Shown here piece by piece: positions 1-8,789 of a DNA stretch of 20,000 nucleotides. Source of the DNA: an uncultured virus (IMG/VR IMGVR_UViG_3300002835_000123) (lineage: Duplodnaviria; Heunggongvirae; Uroviricota; Caudoviricetes); IMG/VR virus record IMGVR_UViG_3300002835_000123; one strand, 5' to 3'. Each line of letters starts with the position of its first letter. Within the stretch, counting starts at the first letter, position 1. A program made the translations under genes and the position numbers. The notes beneath the pieces were generated by a model, which had not been told where the DNA came from, ran no database searches, and worked only from the letters and a program-made list of their open reading frames with translations.

Positions 1-2
1 TT

Positions 3-146
3 ATAAATTATGGACTTCCAATAGCAGGAGGTTTTATAGGATATAAAATAGCTAAAAGAATGGAAGCAGATGATAAAAAAACATTAGGTTTTGTAGTGTT
101 TTTTGCATTAATTGGTTTGATTCCAAGATATATGTTAAACAAATAA
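3..146 (+). CDS. 3' end of a small two-TM membrane protein (partial, runs off window start)
   Basis: Manual translation of frame 3: INYGLPIAGGFIGYKIAKRMEADDKKTLGFVVFFALIGLIPRYMLNK*. Two hydrophobic segments; stop 10 nt before the next ATG. Confidence 0.75.
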   Translation: MNYGLPIAGGFIGYKIAKRMEADDKKTLGFVVFFALIGLIPRYMLNK

Positions 147-156
147 AAAATAAATT

Positions 157-834
157 ATGATTTACGTGGAAAATGATTTTTATTCGAATTTCAACGCAGT
201 AAGCAAGTCAAATGATGAAATGGCTATGCAGTCAATTTTAGTAGACCAAATATCAAATTTGATTGCATACAACAGAGAAGAAGTATTAGATTTACTTAGG
301 AAATCAGAAATAAAACTACCTCCTAAACCAAAAAATAAAGATATTGTAAAAGCAATAGTTCAAAATCTAAAAACTAACAAGAAATTGGTTATTGGACTTG
401 CTTATTTAATTGCAAAAAACAATGATTTACTTCAAGAACAAACGAAAAGAGGTAGACCGCAAGAAATGAAATCATCTTTTGAAGATAAAACAAAAACTAC
501 AACGGATAAAAAAGAAAAAAAACCTGTTGATTGGAACAGAACTCTTGATGCAGTTAATGTAGTTGGTGGTTCAATTTCAGTATTTGCAGATACTCTAACA
601 GGAGTTAAGCAAAGTAGTTTAGAACAGCAATTAAATTCTGCAACTCAAAGCAAATCACCTGAAGATTTAGCAAGGGAACAAGCAGAAAAATTAGAAGCAG
701 ACAAAAAGGCAAGAAGAAAAAGAAATACTAAAATAGCAGTAGGGGTTCTTTTACTTGCAGGTGTAGGAGTTGGAGTTTATTTTGCATGGAAAAAAGGATG
801 GTTTGCTAAAAAATCAGCACCCATAGAAGCGTAA
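157..834 (+). CDS. C-terminally anchored membrane protein, putative virion protein
   Basis: 225 aa; C-terminal TM IAVGVLLLAGVGVGVYFAW flanked by basic residues; FYSNF near the N-terminus, KSSFED internal; A-rich leader. Confidence 0.85.
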   Translation: MIYVENDFYSNFNAVSKSNDEMAMQSILVDQISNLIAYNREEVLDLLRKSEIKLPPKPKNKDIVKAIVQNLKTNKKLVIGLAYLIAKNNDLLQEQTKRGRPQEMKSSFEDKTKTTTDKKEKKPVDWNRTLDAVNVVGGSISVFADTLTGVKQSSLEQQLNSATQSKSPEDLAREQAEKLEADKKARRKRNTKIAVGVLLLAGVGVGVYFAWKKGWFAKKSAPIEA

Positions 835-889
835 TTATATAGTTTATACCTTAAAATAATTAAAATAAAAACAAACAAAACAAAAAAAA

Positions 890-1450
890 ATGGAAGATTT
901 AAACCTTGTTGATGATAGTTTTGAATTATGGCACAATTCAGAAGGAGAAAGAGCCTTGTATAACAAAATCGTTAAAACATATCCAAGTGAGGATAATATG
1001 TTTGATGTATTAAATTTTGAAGGTGAAGAAAATTCTTCAACCGAACAAAAGACTACTGAAAAACAAAAATTAGATTTAGATAAGTTAGGAGAATCAATAG
1101 TTACAACGGCAGGTGCAGTTGGTTCTGTTTCAACTACAATTCAAGCCTTTAAAGGTGATGGAACTAAAAAGGCACAGCGATTAGCGGTTAAAGATGTATG
1201 TGGTAAAAAACCAACAGCATTTAGCAAAAAAGCAAGAAAAGAGGAATACAAAAAATGTATTACAGACTATCAAGCAAAAAAAATGGCAATGTTAGATGCA
1301 CAAACAAAAAAATCAGAAGAAGTTGTAATCAAATCAGATGAAACAAAAACAGGTATGAGTACAACTACAAAAGTTTTAATAGGAGTTGGTGTACTTGCTT
1401 TAATTGGAGGTGTAATTTATTTTGTTCGTAGAGGTGCGTCTGCAAAATAA
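890..1450 (+). CDS. C-anchored membrane protein with CGKKP Cys-hairpin
   Basis: 186 aa; TM VLIGVGVLALIGGVIYFV then RR; CGKKP...EYKKC; N-terminal HNSEG and LNFEG motifs. Confidence 0.85.
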   Translation: MEDLNLVDDSFELWHNSEGERALYNKIVKTYPSEDNMFDVLNFEGEENSSTEQKTTEKQKLDLDKLGESIVTTAGAVGSVSTTIQAFKGDGTKKAQRLAVKDVCGKKPTAFSKKARKEEYKKCITDYQAKKMAMLDAQTKKSEEVVIKSDETKTGMSTTTKVLIGVGVLALIGGVIYFVRRGASAK

Positions 1451-1986
1451 TGGCAAAAAAAGGTGTTTACAGATTACTATTTTCTATTGAAGCACCCGAT
1501 TTAACAAAATCGGAAGTTGCAGGTAAATTAATTACCCAACTTTTCAATGAAGATGAAATAGTGATGGGTGAATATTACAAAAAGGAAAATATACTTGTAG
1601 ATGGTCGTTATGTAATACCATTAGCGTATGTAGAAAAGGAAGATAAACTTCCATATTTAAAAAAAGATAGTTCGTTTGACGAAACGATAGATAGATTAAA
1701 ACAACAATCACTTATTTTAAGTGAAAAAGAAAAGGAAAGACTAAATGATATTGGAAATAGTATCAAAAGTCAAATAGAAGGAAAAAAAGCACAACAAATC
1801 AAAGCTGAAACAAAGGCAATGAAAAATGGTGCATTATTAGGACTTGGTATTGGTATTATTACGGCTTTGTACTTAAAAAGAAACATTTGGCTAATTTCAT
1901 TAATAGGTTTATCTGTTGGTGGATATGTAGCACACAAGATAGTTAAAGCAAAACAGGGAAATAACGAAGTAGAACCAATAGCTTAA
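1450..1986 (+). CDS. Membrane protein with C-terminal two-TM hairpin
   Basis: 178 aa; GALLGLGIGIITALYL and IWLISLIGLSVGGYVA; TAATG coupling to the upstream gene. Confidence 0.85.
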   Translation: MAKKGVYRLLFSIEAPDLTKSEVAGKLITQLFNEDEIVMGEYYKKENILVDGRYVIPLAYVEKEDKLPYLKKDSSFDETIDRLKQQSLILSEKEKERLNDIGNSIKSQIEGKKAQQIKAETKAMKNGALLGLGIGIITALYLKRNIWLISLIGLSVGGYVAHKIVKAKQGNNEVEPIA

Positions 1987-1988
1987 AA

Positions 1989-2300
1989 ATGAAAGAATTT
2001 GATTTAGATGTTTATAGTGGATTTCAAGATGAAATTACTACGACTGAAAATAAAAATGTAAAAAAAAATACAACCTCAAGTGAACCTCCAAAATGGCAGG
2101 AGAGTTTAGGTAAACTAACAGATTTTGTAAAAGAATATGGAGGAGCATATTCAGAACAGAAAGCACCTGTTTATTCTGAAGGTAAAAAAGTGCGTAAGTT
2201 TGGTATGCACCCATTAGTATTTGTTGCTGTATCTTTAGGACTTGTAATAGCAGGTTCTATAACTTTAGTATATTTAGGTAGAAAAAAAACTATTAAATAA
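1989..2300 (+). CDS. Small C-anchored membrane protein
   Basis: 103 aa; TM LVFVAVSLGLVIAGSITLVYL then RKK; VYSGFQD at the N-terminus. Confidence 0.85.
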   Translation: MKEFDLDVYSGFQDEITTTENKNVKKNTTSSEPPKWQESLGKLTDFVKEYGGAYSEQKAPVYSEGKKVRKFGMHPLVFVAVSLGLVIAGSITLVYLGRKKTIK

Positions 2301-2301
2301 C

Positions 2302-3966
2302 ATGGAAACAAAAAAAATATCAAAAGATACCATGTTGCGTGAAATGAAAAAACGCAAAAGTGCCGTTCAGAAAAAAATGATGAAAACTGCTGATAGGATT
2401 CGTCTTATTGAAGATTTCAAAAAACAGACTATTGGTAAAGATGTAACTTTCAAAGAGTATTTGAAAGCAAAAAATATTGATATAAATAAGTTTTTTGCAC
2501 CAATGGGATATTATACAGGTGCAGAAAAAGTAGTAAGTAATGATAAAGAAAATTTACTTCTTGTTTATTGTCAAGGAATGGAGTTTAATCCAAAGGCAGG
2601 TTATCATACCCCATCAAGAAAAATAGTTTCTGAAAAAGACCACAATGATGTCATACAAAGTAATTTAGGAATGACATGGAATCCAAAATTAAGTCAATAT
2701 TTTCCAACTACAATTTTTGATACAAATGCCTATTCAAGTGCAGAAGGTTCAGGAGATACAGGAATTGATATTATGGGCGGTTTAAGGGTAGAAGATTTTT
2801 CTAACTTGAACAATAAATCTTATGATGGTGAGGATTACACTTGTTTTGTCCAAGATTTACTAATTGAAGAATATGATAATTTAGAGGGAGAATTAGATTT
2901 GATTGAGGGTTCTATTGGTTCTCTTTATTCTGATTTTGAGGGAGAAGAAGAAAAAAGTCAAGGAGGAAAAAATTTAAGATGTAGAACAATATGTACTTCT
3001 AAACACGCATTTAATAAAAACAAAAGACAAGAATGTTTTGATGAATGTGATAAGAAATTTAAACCTTCTGAAAAACAAGAAGAACGTAGAGCAGAGAGAG
3101 AAGAAAGAAAAGAATCAAGAAAAGAATTTCGTGAGGATAAAAAGAATTGTAAAGAAAGACTACGCAAAGGAGAGATAAATCAAAAACAATATAGAGATTG
3201 TCTTAAAGCAGAGAGAAAAGAAAAGAAAAAAGGAGTAAAAGAAGCAGGAGGAACATTTTTTGTTCGTGCATGGAGAAGCACAGCTAAAGTATTTCCTATT
3301 ACACTTGTAGGAAGAAATGGAGCATTGTTTATGATAGGTGAAAATGCTTTCGGTTTTGGAACAAGAGTAGCACCTGCATTACTTTCTGATGAAGAAGCTA
3401 AAAAAATATTTAAACCTGAATCAATCAAAAAATCTAAACAAAGTTGGTTGAAATTACAAAAAGCATGGAAGAATTTAGGTGGTGATGTTGATGCTCTTAA
3501 AAAATCTATTCTTAAAGGCTATAAGAAAAAAGCTATGAAAATAGAAAAAAAATCAAATTTTGAAGGTTCTGAATATACTTATTCATATCAAATAGATTCT
3601 GATTATTCTAATTTCTTTGAGCCTGTATCAACAGGAACTTTAGTAATAGCAGGAACAAGTGTAGTTACAAGTTTAATTCCTTTAATTGGTAATAATGATA
3701 AAGACCCATTCGTTGAAGGACAAACGCCTACTGATTATAAAGAATCTTTGAGAAGTGGTGATGTAGATAACATACCAACACAAGGAGAAAATACACCAAT
3801 AGTAGACCCAAATACAGGTGATTGGATTGACCCAAATACAGGTAAAAAAATAGACCCAACAACAGGTAAATATGATGATAACATATTAGGAATGAACAAA
3901 TGGGTAGCGATAGGATTAGGAGTAGGTGCATTAGTAGGAGTATATTATTTAACGAAGAAAAAATAG
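2302..3966 (+). CDS. Large C-anchored modular protein (multiple SxFxG-type motifs, CX3C hairpin, DPxTG repeats)
   Basis: 554 aa; C-terminal TM WVAIGLGVGALVGVYYL then TKKK; YSSAEG, YDNLEG, YSDFEG, KSNFEG, YSNFF; CRTIC-x13-CFDEC; three DPxTG. Confidence 0.85.
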   Translation: METKKISKDTMLREMKKRKSAVQKKMMKTADRIRLIEDFKKQTIGKDVTFKEYLKAKNIDINKFFAPMGYYTGAEKVVSNDKENLLLVYCQGMEFNPKAGYHTPSRKIVSEKDHNDVIQSNLGMTWNPKLSQYFPTTIFDTNAYSSAEGSGDTGIDIMGGLRVEDFSNLNNKSYDGEDYTCFVQDLLIEEYDNLEGELDLIEGSIGSLYSDFEGEEEKSQGGKNLRCRTICTSKHAFNKNKRQECFDECDKKFKPSEKQEERRAEREERKESRKEFREDKKNCKERLRKGEINQKQYRDCLKAERKEKKKGVKEAGGTFFVRAWRSTAKVFPITLVGRNGALFMIGENAFGFGTRVAPALLSDEEAKKIFKPESIKKSKQSWLKLQKAWKNLGGDVDALKKSILKGYKKKAMKIEKKSNFEGSEYTYSYQIDSDYSNFFEPVSTGTLVIAGTSVVTSLIPLIGNNDKDPFVEGQTPTDYKESLRSGDVDNIPTQGENTPIVDPNTGDWIDPNTGKKIDPTTGKYDDNILGMNKWVAIGLGVGALVGVYYLTKKK

Positions 3967-3972
3967 AAAATA

Positions 3973-4788
3973 ATGGTTATTGAAATACCATCAAATTATT
4001 ATCCATTTCAACTCAATATGTTTGTTGAATCTAAAGACTTAATTAAATTAAGAATAGTAGCGTATGACCCAAACAAACCTTCAACAAAATATTTGGATAG
4101 GGTAAGTAAATTAAATGGTAAAAGAAAATACGAATTAAAATTTCCTGTTGCACCACAAAGATTAAAGATAGCCGTATTTAATGTAGCTAATGGAAGTTTA
4201 CCTTATGGTGAGGATAGTTCATTTGAATTAGCAGATTTAAAAGTAGATAGAATAAAAGAGTATGATGTTTGGTGGAACGCAGATACTCGAAACTTCTACA
4301 AATTTGCAGTAGAATTTAGTCAAAATGCAAGTATTCTTTCAGCAGGAGAATCAAAACCACATATTTACAGAAGTGATGATGGTAAATTTACTATTGATTA
4401 TTATAACAATATAATTGATAAAAAAAGTAATAAAAAACTAACAACACCTGCAAGGATAGGACACAATACAGGAATTATTGAGGTAAGTAAATCAAAGTTC
4501 ATGAATTATAGTGTGCCTATGCGTATCTTAATTTTAATGCACGAATACGCACACAAATACCTTAATCCAAAAATAGGTAGGGAAATATCTTATGAAACAG
4601 GTGCAGATATTCAAGCACTTTATGTTTATTTAGGTAAAGGATGGTCGCCTTATGAAGCACATAAAACATATTTACAAGTATTTAGAAATGCCAATAATAA
4701 ATCAAATCATAAGAGATATAAAATAATTGATGATTTCATTAAAAAATATGAAAATGGACAAGTTTCAAATGAAATAAAAATGAAATAA
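3973..4788 (+). CDS. Zinc metalloprotease (gluzincin-type HExxH...ExxAD), candidate maturation protease
   Basis: ILILMHEYAHKYL (HEYAH at 4540-4554) followed about 12 residues later by YETGADIQA, a layout typical of M48/M78-like gluzincins; beta-rich N-terminal domain; no TM. Confidence 0.75.
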   Translation: MVIEIPSNYYPFQLNMFVESKDLIKLRIVAYDPNKPSTKYLDRVSKLNGKRKYELKFPVAPQRLKIAVFNVANGSLPYGEDSSFELADLKVDRIKEYDVWWNADTRNFYKFAVEFSQNASILSAGESKPHIYRSDDGKFTIDYYNNIIDKKSNKKLTTPARIGHNTGIIEVSKSKFMNYSVPMRILILMHEYAHKYLNPKIGREISYETGADIQALYVYLGKGWSPYEAHKTYLQVFRNANNKSNHKRYKIIDDFIKKYENGQVSNEIKMK

Positions 4789-7377
4789 ATGTCTGAACCA
4801 ATAAATATAATAGACATAAACGAAAATGAAAGTGTTGCACAATTCAATTTTGAAAACAACACATCTTCTCCTATTGCTATAAATTTATTTGATACCGCAT
4901 CTTTACAGACAATTCCGACAAGTGGTAGCACTCAAACTTCCTATACATCTTCAGGTGATTTGTTACCATCTTTACCACCAAGTTTATTGGAATTTAATCC
5001 AACAAATAATGTAATTTTATCAGCAGACCCACTTACTGATTCATATAGAGTAATTAACACACTCACAAATACAACTAACAATTCGTTTGATAACTCTATT
5101 GGTTTTAATGCCCAAGTTAATGCAATAGTCATACAAACAGATGGTAAAATCCTTGTAGGCGGTGCATTTGTAGGATATAAAGGACTAACAGAAAATCGTA
5201 TTATACGATTAAACAGCGATGGCACAAAAGACCTAACTTTTGATAACTCTATTGGTTTTAATGCCCAAGTTAATGCAATAGTCATACAAACAGATGGTAA
5301 AATTCTTGTAGGCGGTGCATTTACAACATATAAAGGACTAACAGAAAATCGTATTATACGATTAAACAGCGATGGCACAAAAGACCTAACTTTTGATAAC
5401 TCTATTGGTTTTAATAATCAAGTTTTTTCAATAGCCATTCAAACAGATGGTAAAATACTTTTAGGCGGTGCATTTATAACATATAAAGGACTTGCAGAAG
5501 TTCGCATCATACGATTAAACAGCAATGGCACAAAAGACCTAACTTTTGATAACTCTATTGGATTTGATAATGTTACTCGTAAATTAGCCATACAAACAGA
5601 TGGTAAAATCCTTGTAGGTGGTCAATTTACATTATACAAAGGACTAACAGAAAATCGTATCATACGATTAAACAGCGATGGCACAAAAGACCTAACTTTT
5701 GATAACTCTATTGGTTTTAATAGTTTTGTTAATAGAAACGCAATAGCCATACAAAACGATGGTAAAATCCTTGTAGGCGGTGCATTTGTAGGATATAAAG
5801 GACTAACAGAAAATCGTATTATACGATTAAACAGCGATGGCACAAAAGACCTAACTTTTGATAACTCTATTGGTTTTGATGATGAAGTAAATTTAATATC
5901 AATACAAAATGATGGTAAAATCCTTGTAGGCGGTGCATTTACAACATATAAAGGGGTATCGGAAAATCGTATAATACGATTAAACAGCAATGGCACAAAA
6001 GACCTAAGTTTTGATAACTCTATTGGTTTTAATAATGATTTAATTGATTTAGCCATACAAACAGATGGTAAAATCCTTGTAGGCGGTTCATTTACAACAT
6101 ACAAAGGTTATACTAACAATTTTATAATTAATTTAGATACGAATGGTAATACTAATTCAGTATTACAAGTAGGAAATAATTCTTCTGATTTAGCATATTG
6201 TAGCATCAACAATACTTTTTACACCTGTCCAATAGCAGGTATAAATAATGATATTAGTGAAATAAGTGGGGATGGTCAAATTAAATTAACTAATATAATA
6301 TTGCCTTCGCCTACACAAGTTTGTGAGCAAGTAGAATACAATGTTTCTAATAATTCTATGTATTATTTAGTGGCAAATACATTTCCAACACCACATGATA
6401 TTTTAGTATTAGATTGCAGTACAAACACATTTACAGCAACTATTAATATGCCTTCAGCGTTGATTAGTGGTTTGTCAAATGTTACCGCAACTAATGATAT
6501 GTATTTTTTTGATGGTACATCAGGATTGTTACAAAAAATAAATTGCACATCAAATACCATAGTTTTAGTAAATATTACACTACCAAACATAAGTGTATCG
6601 GTAAGTTCTATTCAATACAACGCATCAACTAATTTAATATATGTAATGAGTTCTGCTACAAATATTGTAGATGTTGTTGATGCAAGTACAGACACATATT
6701 TAACATCAATTACAATACCTGCTATATATAACTTTAGTCCATTTTTATCTTCAATAAATACAACTACAAATCAGTTATTTATTTCAGATAGTAATGCACT
6801 AAACCAAAAGCAGTTTGCAGTTATTGATTGTCAGAGTAATACATTTAATGCAGTACAATCTTTAGGAATAGGAGTAGGAGCAACGTATGGAGTTATGTAC
6901 AATTCCTACAATCAGCAAATGTATGTTAGTGGTTCATTATTTTCAATCGTTACCTTTATAGCAACACCATTCTTTATTGGAGGTACAAATTACAACTATT
7001 TTGTAAATAGTTTAACCAACGAACCTATATCAGTAGACAAAATACGGATTATTACAATAAGCCAAATACAATTATATAACCAAGTACAATTCACGAAAAT
7101 AGATTCAAATGGTAATCAAATATTCTTCCCTGAATTTCCAATTACTAAAGTTGATTCATACCAAGAACAAGGTAATATATCTATATTAAAATTGAATGGT
7201 TTAATATTCGATGGAAGAACTTACATAAATGGTTATGTAATCAACCCAAATCAAGTAGTAAGTTTTGAAGTATATTATAGGCAATTAGACAGAGATAATA
7301 TTAAAAGTTTGTTTGAAAAACTAACCTTTAAAAAACAATTATTGAAAGGTCTTTTTGATGATGCAGTTGAGTTATAA
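4789..7377 (+). CDS. Large beta-propeller protein (Delta-60/DUF5122 repeats nested in YVTN-like blades), putative spike or receptor-binding protein
   Basis: 862 aa; seven repeats of IQTDGKILVGGxF..Y.G...NRIIRLNSDGTKDLTFDNSIGF; YVTN-like blades (EFNPTNN, EYNVSNN, QYNASTN, MYNSYNQ); beta-rich terminal segments. Confidence 0.85.
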   Translation: MSEPINIIDINENESVAQFNFENNTSSPIAINLFDTASLQTIPTSGSTQTSYTSSGDLLPSLPPSLLEFNPTNNVILSADPLTDSYRVINTLTNTTNNSFDNSIGFNAQVNAIVIQTDGKILVGGAFVGYKGLTENRIIRLNSDGTKDLTFDNSIGFNAQVNAIVIQTDGKILVGGAFTTYKGLTENRIIRLNSDGTKDLTFDNSIGFNNQVFSIAIQTDGKILLGGAFITYKGLAEVRIIRLNSNGTKDLTFDNSIGFDNVTRKLAIQTDGKILVGGQFTLYKGLTENRIIRLNSDGTKDLTFDNSIGFNSFVNRNAIAIQNDGKILVGGAFVGYKGLTENRIIRLNSDGTKDLTFDNSIGFDDEVNLISIQNDGKILVGGAFTTYKGVSENRIIRLNSNGTKDLSFDNSIGFNNDLIDLAIQTDGKILVGGSFTTYKGYTNNFIINLDTNGNTNSVLQVGNNSSDLAYCSINNTFYTCPIAGINNDISEISGDGQIKLTNIILPSPTQVCEQVEYNVSNNSMYYLVANTFPTPHDILVLDCSTNTFTATINMPSALISGLSNVTATNDMYFFDGTSGLLQKINCTSNTIVLVNITLPNISVSVSSIQYNASTNLIYVMSSATNIVDVVDASTDTYLTSITIPAIYNFSPFLSSINTTTNQLFISDSNALNQKQFAVIDCQSNTFNAVQSLGIGVGATYGVMYNSYNQQMYVSGSLFSIVTFIATPFFIGGTNYNYFVNSLTNEPISVDKIRIITISQIQLYNQVQFTKIDSNGNQIFFPEFPITKVDSYQEQGNISILKLNGLIFDGRTYINGYVINPNQVVSFEVYYRQLDRDNIKSLFEKLTFKKQLLKGLFDDAVEL
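5086..6150 (+). repeat. Seven tandem 153-bp (51-aa) coding repeats, one of 159 bp, last one degenerate
   Basis: gataactctattgg recurs with its G at 5089, 5242, 5395, 5548, 5701, 5860 and 6013 (spacing 153,153,153,153,159,153). Confidence 0.95.
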
Positions 7378-7389
7378 AAGAAAAAAAAT

Positions 7390-7584
7390 ATGATAAAAAA
7401 CATTTTTATTGAAAAAAGTAGTACATTTGATACTGAACAAATACATTCTACTGAACATAATTGGTTTTCAACACGTATAAATCCTTTGTTATCAATGGAA
7501 TATACGAATGAATTATTGAAAAATAGATTCAATTACCATTATGTTAAAAACAAAAAAAATATTGTTAAACCAAAACAATCGTAA
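7390..7584 (+). CDS. Small hypothetical protein (uncertain)
   Basis: 64-aa ORF in operon orientation after an A-rich leader; no recognisable motif. Confidence 0.45.
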   Translation: MIKNIFIEKSSTFDTEQIHSTEHNWFSTRINPLLSMEYTNELLKNRFNYHYVKNKKNIVKPKQS

Positions 7585-7608
7585 AGGTTGTATTAGATAT
7601 TTGCTATA

Positions 7609-7728
7609 ATGAAAAATTGGCAGTTGAATTTAATTGTTTTCGGAACATTGAGTGTTGTTGTTGCAGTTATTGTAAAAAAGCAATATGAATTGATACGAAA
7701 AGACTTAAAACAAAATTGGGATGTGTAA
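7609..7728 (+). CDS. 39-aa single-TM micro-protein (not in ORF track)
   Basis: Manual translation MKNWQLNLIVFGTLSVVVAVIVKKQYELIRKDLKQNWDV*; same N-anchor plus KK layout as its neighbours. Confidence 0.6.
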   Translation: MKNWQLNLIVFGTLSVVVAVIVKKQYELIRKDLKQNWDV

Positions 7729-7780
7729 ATCATTGACCAAGTATATAGATAATATTATTAACCCTAAAAAACCAAAAAAA

Positions 7781-7927
7781 ATGGCTATTAGAAAACTTAA
7801 AAAAACAGCGTGTGGTGATACACTTGTAAAAAACAGATTAGAAGGCGGTTACAAACTTGTTAAACGTAAAAGAAAACCAAAAGCTACAACAGGTAAAAAG
7901 AGAGGTCGCCCTGCTAAAGCGAAGTAA
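7781..7927 (+). CDS. Small highly basic protein with AT-hook-like motif, possible DNA-condensing core protein
   Basis: ATG at 7781 follows the A-run ccaaaaaaa, preferred over 7721; MAIRKLKK...KRKRKPKATTGKKRGRPAKAK, 48 aa. Confidence 0.7.
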   Translation: MAIRKLKKTACGDTLVKNRLEGGYKLVKRKRKPKATTGKKRGRPAKAK

Positions 7928-7948
7928 TTAATTTTAAAAGCAAAAAAA

Positions 7949-8779
7949 ATGAACAATACACAAAAAATATTATTGGCAGGTTTAGTAGGCGGTGGATTAG
8001 CATACCTGTGGAATAAAAGCCGTAAAAAACCTTATGTAGATACCACACCAAGTTATAAACCAATGCCACTTGGAACAGGATTGGTAGATGATTCAGAATT
8101 AACTACAAGAGATGAAAAAGTTAATTACATTATAGATAACGCAGAAGCTAATTTCAAAGAAGAAATGTCAGGATTTGCAGGTGTGTCTTTTCAATGGAAT
8201 CCTGTTTTAAATAAAATGTACCCTGTTGGAACTATCGTTGAAGGCGTAGAACCACAATACATTGATGATGTTTTTTATGGTGCAGAAGGACAATCAGATG
8301 ACCCAAGTGCAGAAGCAGAAAGTATTGTAGAAAGCATGACAGATGATGAAATTGATTTAGCATATAGACTAACTAAATATCGTTTGAATAATCCATCAGC
8401 AATTTCTGAAGAACAGGCGTTGAAAGAACTTTCAGGAAATAATTTCAATGAAAATGTTCTTATTTTGGTTAAGCAAAAAATTAAGCCGAAATTAAATGAT
8501 GTAAAAGCATTGAAAAAACATCCTGTATTTGCTCAAAAATGGGCATTGAGAAAAGAAAAAAGAAAAGGCAAAAAAGATGAACGTGCTAAAGGAAAACAGG
8601 GTAAAGCAATGAGTTCTAAACCTAAAACAAAAGCACTTTGGAATAGAAAAAGACAAAAAGATTTTGCTAAACAATTTACTAATCCAACAGAAGGTGCAAT
8701 GTTTGGTGGTAAAAGATGGGATGGTCAAACAGACGACCAATTAGAAACACAAGTAAGATTAGGACAACTTCCAACTTAA
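7949..8779 (+). CDS. N-anchored membrane protein with basic C-terminal region
   Basis: 276 aa; TM ILLAGLVGGGLAYLW; MSGFAG and FYGAEG motifs; FQWNP..PVG motif. Confidence 0.85.
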   Translation: MNNTQKILLAGLVGGGLAYLWNKSRKKPYVDTTPSYKPMPLGTGLVDDSELTTRDEKVNYIIDNAEANFKEEMSGFAGVSFQWNPVLNKMYPVGTIVEGVEPQYIDDVFYGAEGQSDDPSAEAESIVESMTDDEIDLAYRLTKYRLNNPSAISEEQALKELSGNNFNENVLILVKQKIKPKLNDVKALKKHPVFAQKWALRKEKRKGKKDERAKGKQGKAMSSKPKTKALWNRKRQKDFAKQFTNPTEGAMFGGKRWDGQTDDQLETQVRLGQLPT

Positions 8780-8789
8780 AAAAAAGAAT

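Noticed and set aside
5086..6150. 153-bp repeats as a CRISPR array or DGR target
   Set aside because: Repeats are long, in frame and protein-coding with no unique spacers. No cas or reverse transcriptase gene and no template repeat in this window; a DGR elsewhere on the contig cannot be excluded.
7588..7610. Promoter-like TTGTAT...TATAAT / GATATTTG
   Set aside because: Spacing too short for sigma70, imperfect TAnnTTTG match, overlaps the start codon, and likely by chance in AT-rich DNA.
7721..7780. ORF-track start at 7721 for the basic protein
   Set aside because: It overlaps the 7609-7728 ORF; ATG 7781 has the A-rich leader typical of this genome.
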